Of a stretch of DNA of 64,000 nucleotides, positions 52,500 to 64,000 are shown one piece after another. Positions within the stretch are counted from its first letter, which is position 1, and the number at the start of each line of letters is the position of its first letter. The DNA comes from Octopus vulgaris (taxonomy: Eukaryota): NCBI GenBank assembly GCA_951406725.2, contig OX597817.1, positions 126,232,001 to 126,296,000 of the forward strand, in the 5' to 3' direction. Position numbers and translations under genes: made by a program. The notes below the pieces were generated by a model, which had not been told where the DNA came from, searched no databases, and was given only the letters and a program-made list of their open reading frames with translations.

Positions 52500-54880
52500 T
52501 TCCACTCCCTTGACACGTTGACCGCTTAACCGACAATGCTATAAATTTAGTGTTACCAAAATTATTTAACGATTTTCTCAGTTGTCCATACACTCAGGTG
52601 AACGTCACACTCTTTCCGATTGCAAGACTCTGATGCTGGCCTCATCGTCTCTTAATTCGTCATCGTCTTAAGAGCTAACCGTCCTACTTTGAGCAGATCG
52701 TGTGATTGCATTCAATCAATTAATACGTTGTTTTGGGAGTTCCCTTTACTCACCCGTCCTTTCATGCATATAGCCGAGTACTGCCCATTGGTTGGTTTAA
52801 CGCAAAACTCATTCCCTATTTGAATGGATGCAAATTCTTCGAAACGCGATGTTACCGTGCCCGACATCATAATTGAAAACTCTTCTATCTAGAAACTATT
52901 CCTCAGTGACATGTACTTGAAACTTACCTGAATGGTAGAGATTCACCCTCTTGCAATAATGGGGTTATTTGCGTGATAGTGTCTTACAGCAACCATATTT
53001 TCCTTTGGTCTATGTCCAACTCTGAAAAAGCTTCTGAAGTTCAACCAGCCGAGTACATTTTTCTCCACACTCGAACATAGTGCGGTGCTATTGTCCATAT
53101 GTAGCATGACCGCCGGCTCTGTTCTAGGAATGACTCAGCACACGTACAATTTCAGTGGCAGCCCCAGTCCTGCTTTGTCTCGATATCACAGTTTGTGTAG
53201 TTTTTATAGTCGATCAACATAAGGTACGATATTCTCTGGTAATGCATCATATCAATTGCCAGTCTCTTTCATTCTTTCTCTGCCAGAAATTCCTTGTTTC
53301 ATGAAGATTGTATAACCAGTAGTATGACTAACACTGGCGATAGATTCCCACCACTTCCCAAATGGTTCTTCTCGTGTATGGGGCATGTTATGCAGTTTCT
53401 GAAAATCTGGATACGTAATACTCCAACAGTGTGAATCTCAAGTATCTCCAAGCAATACTTTTTAAACTGGAAAGTATATTCCCCTTTTCTTTTTTCCATG
53501 CCATATGACATCCATCATCTTCAGGCTGGACTTAGTTTTTACATTATTCTTAAATAAAGATTTACTACCATTTCTGCAGCTTATATAGTTCGTGTGTTCT
53601 TCCGAATTGGGATCTGTGACACCACTCTTCCGCATACGGTGCCTAAATTAGCTCGAATGTTGATAGTGTTTGACCCCTCTCTCAGTGCCAGATTCACCCC
53701 CTTCAACACAAGATCAGACCTAGCTTTACTCATATAATTGCAATCATTTTCGCCATGAGTCATATTTCATCCTTCGCCTCAGTAGCAACTATTTCTACAA
53801 TGACTTCTATCACTGTAAACCTCGCATCACAACATGCACTCGCTTTTCTCATATTTGGTCACAGCCTATTATTGGGTTACTTTACTCTCATTATCTCCAG
53901 AAATACTTGCATTATGACAACAGTGCTTCTCCCACCACATTACACGAGCTTAACCATTTGACTCGTCTTGTTATATTGTTATATGCTCTCTAGAGACATC
54001 TGAAATGGGATAGTAGTTGCTTCTGTAATGCAAGAGCCTGTTCAGCTTGTGTCTCCGCCAGCTTCCCCCAACCTCTGCTGGTACAGCGATTTCGCAATAA
54101 ATCCAAACCACTAAGAATTACTCTCATCCGCCATTGCCAAAACTGCTATATCATCAAGTAAACTATCTATAGTGGAAGTGGTGGCATCCTTCATCTTGGT
54201 CATATTTCCTAATTCACCATATGGCCAAATACCTGAGATTTGAAGTTGAATTCAGCCCGACTCTTAGACTTATCAGACTGTGCGTACTGCATTTGTATCT
54301 CGCATTTGTATCCACAACGTTTTCAGTAGTGTGTAAATATGATTATTTATATCGGCAATTGCAAAATCTGGCAGATTCGCCTCACTATTACTTTCAACTT
54401 CACCGAACATATGCGTTGTATGTTCATTCAACTCCTGAAAATATATCATGGGCTTGGGTTTCGCTTCCTGTGCTGAAACTCTATTATCGAAAACACAAAC
54501 TAACCCGTTCAGTCGATCTATTTAGTTTCCTCTCGATATTTCTCCTGGCATCTCCCTTCAAGGAATGTTCTAGCAGTTCACATTAGTTTTAACGTTGTCG
54601 TTCCCGTAATGTATAATTTATGCCGAACGGCCGTCTTTTCGAGTTTGCCTTTGGCATTACTATCTTCGGTGCTCGACCGTCTATCCCACAACATTTCCTC
54701 TGCCTCATGATACCGGAACACGTCGCAATTTCCACAAATTCTATTTCTGTTTCTTAACGACCACGGCTTTATATAGCTAATAAATGCCACCCATGCCCAC
54801 TACAACATCAATTCCATCAATGGCCTTGTCGACCACGATCACTTACACTTTCATCAATTTACGTTATCTCCACCATCGGT
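52500..54880 (-). mobile_element. Heavily decayed LINE, probably RTE-like
   Basis: Raised GC and coding-like composition, with degenerate minus-strand fragments reminiscent of the RTE RT and C-terminal region. No intact motif remains and the boundaries are approximate. Confidence 0.4.
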
Positions 54881-56042
54881 CGCTTATTACACTTAACTAA
54901 TATCGGGTATATCATAGAGTTTTTTCTTTTTTGATTTGATGTTTTGCTCTACGTTTAATTGGCTAACCTTAGCTTCATAAAACATTGTCGATTGTCTATA
55001 ATAAAGAGGCTTGCAGACTTATGAGTTAAGTAAGTATTAAGTATTTCATTAAGTACGTCACTCGAAATTCGTAATCAGTAGCCTAACGAATATGAGGATT
55101 TTATTTGTGATAGTAAGAAACAGATTACCGTAAATGTCAAAGTATTATATAAGATGATCACAATGAAGTTTAACAGATATTCTAACAAATTCATTTTATT
55201 TATCACACACATCTAATGCATTGTGCATTATTAATTATATTTAACACCGTACGGGCAATATTTTCTGTTTAAAAATGCAACGGAAAACCGTACAGTGTTA
55301 AATGTTATTGCACATTGCTTATACACATACACACAAAACACAACATACATACACGTATATATAATATTTATATATGTAACTGTCTAGCTATCTATATGAG
55401 TATGTTTGATTCATTTATATTACATGTGCATACACACACACAAACACACATATGAAGGCATGTGTGTATAGACTCACAAAAATGTAATAGATATTTTACT
55501 TCGTTTTCGACAATCATTTGACGACTAATGTAGGATATTTCCAACAGTTATTATAAATAGATTTACTCTCTCTGATTGAAAGGTATTAAATCTGTTTGCA
55601 GACGAAAATTTTCATATTTACAAGTTGTCATATGTTTATTAAACACTTTATAGTGTTAGTTATAGGTTTCATGTCATTTGTGCTCTTTTTGTTGCTGTTA
55701 GTAATGCTACAAATGTTGTTTTCCTCGCCTTAAATTATTTTAATTATTCCGTTCCCATTAGTTTCCACACACGAACGACATTTTCTTTCCTTCACAAGGT
55801 TAATAAACCTGCGAGGTTTGAAAGTGTGTTGATTTTTTTAATATCTGACAGCAATTAATATTGAACAGAATTCATGAGAAATATTTCCTAGATAAATTCA
55901 CTGAGGTTAGTTTCATATTTTTTTTCATATTTTCAGATATCATGTCTCCTTGCACTATGTAAATACTTTAGTTTGAATATATAGATCAATTAAATGAATC
56001 TAAATTGATGCCATATCTATCTATCTATCCCTATATATATGT

Positions 56043-56087
<45 letters not shown>

Positions 56088-56154
56088 ATGTGTGTATATG
56101 TGTGTGTATGTATGTATCTGTCTCCCTCTCTTTCTCTCTCACTCTCTCTCTCTC

Positions 56155-56198
<44 letters not shown>

Positions 56199-58121
56199 TA
56201 CGCAATATATGTGGGATGCAATGTGCGTGTCATGAGCATTATTATACCATATGTAGATATAAACTGATTTTTTTCTCCTAGATTTTTATGAATTTAAATA
56301 AATTATAATTTTGCGTAAATGGTCACATAATTTGATGCCCAGTGTAACATATAAAACTGTCATCACAATAAATATTTCAAATTTAGAGTAATTATTTGCA
56401 GACATTTTTATTTCTGTTTTTAAAACTTATTTGATTGTCCATCCGCCAATCTCAATTTGTCTTATTCTACTTCTTTCATTCTGGAACGAAGAAATTCTGT
56501 CAAATCAATGATTTAGTTTCTTTTTTATACAAATTTTTATAGCACTTATATTTTATAGCCATTTTACCGCAACGATTCATTATAAAATATTTAGAAATAA
56601 TTAAATTAAACAACGGAGATTGTATTCATGCACATATACACCAGACAGTATTATTGAGATCTTTGATTTTTGCAATGAATTCCTTAAACTTAATTGTCTG
56701 CATTCATAAATTTCAAAGAAAAAATATTCAAATTTCTAGTGGCCAGTATTCTCACGTATGATATTATAATTGTGCATTATCAATAACAATTTATTTGAAG
56801 ATTTGATTACACGTAGAGTGTATGTATTCTGACAAAGAACTATTATATGTGAGGTTTTCATTCTTCGTCGTACCTTCATTTCATATCACAACATTTATGG
56901 TTTAATGCTATCTATATACCTCCTGTAATTTGCAATTGAATTATTGACAAAGTTATAATATCATTTCAGTACTTTATATATTTTATACAGATGAGCTAAA
57001 TCAAGTGGAAGTGCTACTGTCTTTAGAAAGAATAATAATTCATGTAAGAGAAGCAAACCGAGAGATTTTGTGATTCAACGACGACTAATGTTTCATCCGC
57101 AATGAGCAATTATCGTAAACGTGCATAATGAACATGCATACTGATGTAAAATTACAGAAACGTTTACAATATGTGAAAAAATTTAAACAGAGGCGTGATA
57201 ACTATTTGATATTATAAAGTACAATTGTGTGAGAATCGGTTTCTATTTATTCGTGGCGCTAATCTTTTAACGTAAAAAATCATACAACGTTATTGTGAAA
57301 ACGCTGATGTTATATACGCACTTATAATGACGCATCAATAAAATGCAGTATTATAGACATATATATGAACATGCTCAGCTGAAAGTATGTGTGTATTTGC
57401 GTGTGTCTCAGTTTCATTTTATGCCAGTATCGTTGTATATTTGTATGTGTGTGTTAAATTATTATTTCGTAATGGAACTTTCCTTTCATTCTTAAAATGC
57501 GGTATAGAACATATTTACATATCATTTTAGACAACAGTTTAACTAAATTTAATGCTGAACACGTTTCAAATCAATTGTGTAGAAATATATTGGTTCCTTG
57601 ATATACTGCTGTATGGTATATATGTATGAGTTACTCAACACTGCGCATTACGACATAAGTAAACCATTCGTCTGAACGGTGATTATGCTGATAAAAAAAG
57701 GAGGGAACAACGATGCCTAAGTTTAATCATTTTTACATAGTACGCGCGTACAAACTTTAAATTCCCTTACATGCTTATAAATCCATTAAGATCAGAGATT
57801 CCTATAAGCTAGTTAGACCAGATACCTTGTTTAACATTTACGTAGAGAGAAGTCGAATATAAAATAACTGATCTTTTCTATAAAATCCGAAATAAACATA
57901 TATAAATATGTTTAGTGAACAAGCTGTGTTACGAAGCAGGAACAGCCCCCATGTACATTTTGACTTTTTACATGTATGTGATAAAAAAAGCTGTAAGAAG
58001 ATTTATGTAGCCTAATAATATTAATCAACACGTTCTTCGCACGAACACACATAAACACACTTAGAGAAACATGCACAAGCACACACAGAGATACACACAG
58101 AATTACACATATATGTATATT

Positions 58122-58324
58122 CTTTTACTGTTTTACTTGTTACCGTCATTTAACTATGCTGAAGTACCGTCTTGAAGGGTATTAGTCACGGCTTATTTGT
58201 TAACCTTAGTACTTATTCTATCGAACTGTATTGCCGAACCGCAAGGTTATAGGGACATAAACACTCCAACACTAGTTGTCAAACAGTGACGAGGGCACAA
58301 ACACAGACACGAAGACACACACAC

Positions 58325-58392
<68 letters not shown>
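58122..58392 (-). mobile_element. Partial SINE family B (3' half)
   Basis: TAGTACTTATTCTATC...GCCGAACC...GGGACATAAACAC...GTTGTCAA...ACAAACACAGACAC matches 45783-45890. Confidence 0.8.
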
Positions 58393-58395
<3 letters not shown>

Positions 58396-58439
58396 AATGA
58401 AAGAATGGATTTGAACGACGATTTAACAAAATTCCTTTA

Positions 58440-58521
58440 TTCTCGACATATGTTTCGAAGACTGCATATTCCTAATTTCGAAGGAATAAGGGGTGCATTA
58501 TGCCGCCTTCTCATCAGGAAA
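58440..58521 (-). ncRNA. Type I hammerhead ribozyme motif (Penelope-associated)
   Basis: Minus strand reads UUUC-CUGAUGA-[GAAGGCGGCAUA...UAUGCAGUCUUC]-GAAA-CAUAUG-UC-GAGA. All core nucleotides are present, stem III is palindromic (ACAUAUGU) and there is a GUC cleavage triplet. Confidence 0.8.
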
Positions 58522-59121
58522 GACAAGGAACTTATGTCAGCATCATGATGAACAAAATCTTTTAAATGACTGCCTGCCCACACGGAGTCCATAGCGATAA
58601 TGAGTGTCTCTTTAAAATATTCCGTTATAAGCAGTGACGTCAAAAATTATTGAATGTAGAAGATTCTAGAAAGTTCAAGAGTTCAAACAAGGTTGGAAGG
58701 GGAGAGATCTAAGAATAGGAAGGTGACAGGGTTCAAGTCATATGAATGGTGATGTGATGTTGTTTGCTTTTGCTAATGATATTGAGTGTCTATGTGTGTG
58801 TATGTATATAACTGCAATCGTGTCTATGTGTGTGTATGTGTGTGCGTGATTGTGTGTCTGGTTGGGTAGATGCCAAAAACAACTAGTGGTGAAGTGACAG
58901 ATTTGTGTCTGTGTGTTTGATTGTGCTTACGATAGAGAGGGAGAGAGAGAGAGAGGAGAGAGAGGTAGAGCGAGAGAGAGGAGAGAGAGGTAGAGAGACA
59001 AAGGTAAAACATACCCTAACAAATTTGGTAGTAGTCCTTCATGAGTATAAAATTTGTCTATTGTGGCGTTGTATAAGTGGAACCAAATTATTAAATTCAA
59101 GGAGGTTATCTATATTAATCA

Positions 59122-59511
59122 TCATTCATATGAGTGAAAGGTGTGTTTCTGCCAGTGCATGCACCTATAGGATTTTTCAACCATTGTATTTACTAAAGGG
59201 AATTTGGCGAAAAGTATATGGAAAAGTTCGGAATTACAGACGCCACAAAATTTTCTGCCCTTATCAAACGGAAAGGATACAGACAATATGGACCATTCCA
59301 GCTTGAAAGTTATATTGCTGTCGTTAAGACGCCAAACTAATTTACTTAGTCCTGTGCTTTGTTGTTTTCTCTTATCTCGGAAAGTTGAATAATGATTGGA
59401 AATCCTCTTGGCTAATTTAGAAGTAGTCGCCCCAATGTAGAAGAAGACACCGGTACCGGAAGAAATTTTACACTGGTAAATGGAATTTCTGATTTTGGAA
59501 TTGCTGGACAA
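59122..59511 (-). CDS. Penelope-type GIY-YIG endonuclease domain (element fragment)
   Basis: SIYQCKI...FYIGATTSKLAKRISNHYSTF...STGLSKLVWRL...WSIL...PF...CGVCNSE...CMH. The start is a TTG with in-frame stops just upstream, so this is probably not an independent gene. Confidence 0.75.
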   Translation of the reverse strand: MSSNSKIRNSIYQCKISSGTGVFFYIGATTSKLAKRISNHYSTFRDKRKQQSTGLSKLVWRLNDSNITFKLEWSILSVSFPFDKGRKFCGVCNSELFHILFAKFPLVNTMVEKSYRCMHWQKHTFHSYE

Positions 59512-62499
59512 GAACTTTAATCTGTTAGGGTTTACCTCCGAGACTAAGACGGAGTTTTATTGTTATGATTGCTGTTAATATTATTGCTAGCATTGACCAC
59601 TATACTGTTCCTATTATTGTCATTACTATTAATAGTACTATCGTCGGCAATTTTCCTGACAATAGGAATGCTGGGGTTGTTATCATCAATACTACCATTG
59701 TTATTAGAAATGCTGTCGTTACTACCACTAACACTACCACTCCGTCATAGTCTTGGAGGTAAACCCTAACAGATTAAAGTTCTTGTCCAGCAATTCCAAA
59801 ATCAGAAATTCCATTTACCAGTGTAAAATTTCTTCCGGTACCGGGGCGACTACTTCTAAATTAGTGAAGGAATGAATGACAGAGAGAACTATAAAAATAT
59901 TAGGCTAGTTAGTTACTCTGTTGCGGCCCTCCTTGAAACAGACATGTTAAAGTTATCTTGAAATATTTGAAAATCTATGTCTGAGAAATTATTGAAAATT
60001 GATTAGGCATTATCTTATATCGGATTAGAACACATACAAACAAATTGCTGACTTTATATTGCTACCCGAACAAAGATCCATACTAAATAATAAATAAATA
60101 TATTACATAAATGTATTTGAAGCACATACTTTTCAACATTTAGATGTAAATTCAAATGTAACATCTGCACTAAACAAATCTGATTCAAGTTGAAATATAA
60201 TAGGAAATTGCAAATAACAAGCTATCAAAAGACTCTATACAATGTTGCACCACAATGTCCATATTCTAGTCTTGGAAAATATTGCCAAACAGAAAAGATG
60301 AAATATATAACCCTGTAGGTACGATGCCTTCGAATAGAGAAAAAGAGTGTAATATTTAATGCGATATGTATGTAATGAATCTACCAAATTACAATTTACA
60401 ATTTACAATTTAGATATATATTGCACTCTATAAACTCACTTTCTTAAAGTATGAGTCTTAAGGAAATTTCATATGAATTATAAAGATTTTTCGCGGACAT
60501 CACTTCAGTTAACACCGTATTCAAAGTTTTGATGCACAAACAAAACAAAATCTCCTGCGTGCTCTATACTTAAAATAGTTTTATATAAACTATAGAAGTA
60601 ACAACATATGTAATAAAAATGAGATGTTAAAATGCTATAATGCTTTTAGACACGTAAAGAACAATTGTCATTTTGCGTCCCTTAAATGTACATGCGTTTT
60701 AATCTAAAATATTTATATTTTTCACCACATTTCTGTCAAACTTCATTTGTTTTTCGCTACCATTGTTACGCTGTTGAGTTTATGAAGATAAGAGATAATT
60801 GTATACGTTTTCTCGGGCAATAATAAAAAAAATAATCTGATCTATTTTTATTTACTTTCCGAGTAGCCGATTGTAATACAGCTGTTTTAAATCAATACAG
60901 ATTATCTTTAGTAAACAGCAATAACATGTCAATTTCAGTTTTATATCATTTTTCCATCTGCAAAAAAGAAAAAAATATTTTTCAAATGTATCACGAAATC
61001 CCTTTAAAAATTGAAATTTTTATGCTTTCCATTTATCGTGAAATCTGCATTAGTTGTATATGTTAGAATTGATTATATTTCCCGCAAAGAGCATCGATAT
61101 TTCATTTTATTTAATCAGACGATGTTGATAAAAGGTGTCATGAAGAGTGTCAAAATATTTAAAATATTGGTTGAATAAGTTCGAATATAATTAGGTTTCG
61201 TTTTAGGATTTTTTTTATTGTCTTGTAGTTTAGTCCCAGGTTAACAATGATGTAGCTGTTAAATGAAAGTTAAAAGTATTTTCCAGCCTCAACTATTACG
61301 ACGTTTTTCATAAGTATTGCGTAAGTAGAACTAAATAATATACACCGCCGTCCATCTTTACTTCAGATTGCTATTTCGTCAAGATCAGACGCCTGTCTGA
61401 AAACAAAAGAAAGACATACAGAGGTTTACGAAGTATATCATCTACTTATCTACAACAGGAATGACACGAAGTGTAATACGCTCTTTTGCGTCTGAGAAAG
61501 TGCAAAGTGTTTTCAGAAGGTAGATTTGCTTTCTTGGTTTATGTTATTTCAATAAATAAACATAATGCAATGAATTGGTCTAAGTGAAAGGGAATATGGA
61601 TGAGAATGAACACAACCTGACCAGGAAATGGCAGGGAATTATTAACGTGAGCATTATACTGTAATGGTATACTAACTGCAAGTAAATTAATGACTGCAAA
61701 GGACGCCTACGAAACTCGGTGTTTCCTGGGAAAAAGTTTATAATATATCGTTATGTGTAAATTCGTTACACATTTATAATATGTTTTCTTTTCGCTATTC
61801 TCCTAAATTAGACACGTAAGGTCTTTATTCCAGGTTAAATATAAACAAATTTAGTTGGTAACAGACATTGGTTTAAGCAATAAAATAGCTATATGATTTG
61901 CAATGGAGAATTTATAGGCTTGATAAATATCAGTATATATAATCAAAATGAAGGAATCATTGAAGTGAAACTACGTAAAAAGGGAAAGGAAATTTCTAAA
62001 ACAAATTATTTGTATAATATCCCATAGGTACTATATGCATCCTAGCAGTGTACTGTTTATAGCAGGATCCATAGACATAATCATATATGAATATATTATA
62101 AAATAGCTCCAGATGTGCACATTAACAGAAAAGTGAATGTTTCGAAAAAATAGTCATGCATACTCGATTTCTGATTTACGATATGTATTGACTATTTTAA
62201 TCTATTTAGAATTTTTACGAAATTCTAGTGTGATGATTATAGAGTAACAAATAAGCATGAGATTATAGTTAAATATATAGAGACTTATTAGCCTAAAATA
62301 TTGCAATAATTTTATCTGACAAAATTTCAGTACAACTTTTATGAGGCATAACTTTATATTAAATTTTAAGTGATTTGTTTTGCAATCAGAGGCAAATGTG
62401 TCGACTAACGGTCTTCGAAATTCTATAATTTATATAATCGAAATAAAGTCGAAAATAAATGTGGTGAACATTGAAGAATTTACCTAGAACATAAAGTGC

Positions 62500-63450
62500 A
62501 CAAAATACCTCAAAATAAGTTCAAATGTTACAGAGTAAACCGCAATTAAAATTATACGGTTTGTCGATTTACGAAGATTCACTATATGTATAAAGCGCCA
62601 GGTTGTAATGTATCCATGGCCAGAACGCTAAAAGTGTTTCAAGTGCTGTGGTAAAAACAACCTACATAAACCGATCTCTATTCAAAAAGTGGCAGCAACA
62701 GAGGTTGTTGGCTTGGTGCAAGGAAACGTATGTCTGGTGCCCATAGTATTTGTCCGGAGTTTTGTTTCTAAAGCGAGCAACCTAGCTATAGCTTTCAGAA
62801 AACAAGTTACAAATACTGGGCGTGATATATTTTAATTTCTGTGTAAACTCCCACAGTATATGAAGGTTTTGGTGTCCATGGCTGGTGAAGTTGTTTGCTA
62901 AATATGTTTTCTCAGAGACACATTTGCTTAGGTTGGTTGCAGGGTGTCCACTTTTCTATGAAGTCTTCCGGAAAATATTGAACCCTATCCATCTTAAATA
63001 ATCCAAACTGATATTTACTGTCCATCTCACAGATTATAAATTTGCTGCTCTTAAATGTTATGTTACTAATGTTCGAGAAATATATTTCTAAATTTTGTTG
63101 TACTAGATGTTGAATGAAATCGAAACCAATTCATGAGTATGAAATACAGAAGATAAAGCAGTTTAAATGTAATGTATTTAATGACATTGAACTAGTCATG
63201 TCACCATCGATCTTACAAGGCCAAAGAATTCTCAGACATAACGAATTCTTTCAAATCATATCAGTATTTCACTGGTTGAAAACATGTTTCAAGCAGTTAT
63301 ACATAAGTAAAAGATAGTTTGGTAATGGCGAGGCGTTCTTTGTCTGCTCAATCCTTGATAATATGATTATTTTTGCTGTTTACCGTAGTCAATGACCAAT
63401 GATAAGTTTTGGCTTTATTCCACGGAAAGTTCCTGTTTTTAATGATATAA
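62500..63450 (-). mobile_element. Possible highly decayed Penelope-like RT remnant
   Basis: Weak minus-strand motifs NNHIIKD*ADK (cf. IKxADKG) and LHRKVDT (cf. YRKPT). Confidence 0.3.
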
Positions 63451-64000
63451 CTCACCAATTCCTGCTCAACCTTATGTAAAAATACACTATAGATATTGCT
63501 CTAGAACCCCCACCCTCCATAAGTTGGCACTGCACTACAGATTTTAATTATTTTATTATGAGAATGAGAGGAGAGTTCAGCATTCAATACTTCACGATTA
63601 TCTGAAAAAATTTTTAGATATCTAAAGAATACACTTATTACTTATACAATACTAATTGCTTTTCATTCCTGCGCAAGGTGATATATGAAACCAAAATGTA
63701 AACATTGGAAATTTTGGGTTCTCTGAAAATTGTTACGGCTCATATGTTGAAGTGGTGAAAGAATATATTCTTAGTAATGACAAATATATTGGACTCCAAT
63801 AGGATTTACACTTTACAACAAAGAAATAAACGAGTGAAGATACTAGTTCAATAACGTATCTTCAATTGAATATTATTATATCATGTTGGGACAATTCAAA
63901 TTCTATTCATATTTAATAACTATAATGTTTTTAAAATATTATCTGCAGAGCCACTTGTGTATAAAATTTTAGATAATATTTGCTGCTTCAAGTCGAAAGT

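Larger units (their letters stand above)
58395..59864 (-). mobile_element. 5'-truncated Penelope-like element (GIY-YIG, 3' region with hammerhead, 5' inverted duplication)
   Basis: GIY-YIG ORF at 59122-59511, a hammerhead motif and AATAAA near the 3' end (58435-58521), and an inverted copy of 59412-59555 at 59739-59864. Confidence 0.8.

Noticed and set aside
63667-63678. CCTGCGCAAGG match to U6
   Set aside because: Only ~11 nt match with no flanking similarity, which is consistent with chance.

Overview
AT-rich, microsatellite-dense animal genomic DNA. The SINE families and the (TA)n/(CA)n/(AAT)n load resemble octopus (coleoid cephalopod) DNA; this is my inference and no database check was run. 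I found no host protein-coding gene I can support, and nearly all short ORFs in the track are microsatellite artefacts or transposon debris. The window is mostly decayed transposons: a Tx1/L1-like LINE, Penelope-like elements, two Helitrons, a complete MULE with TIRs and a 9-bp TSD, two mariners, a Tc1, a hAT, RTE-like remnants, three tRNA-derived SINE families and at least six R4/Dong-type LINE copies. It also holds a U6 snRNA pseudogene and a 16-copy ~85-bp tandem array. Three things stand out. (1) An RT-less Penelope-like unit at 58.4-59.9 kb carries an open GIY-YIG domain, a complete hammerhead ribozyme motif with a 54-nt stem II, and a 5' inverted duplication that deletes the YIG codons. 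(2) Four divergent R4/Dong LINEs are stacked in the same orientation among (TAA)n tracts at 39-43.4 kb. (3) Most monomers of the 85-bp array carry a POU octamer motif.
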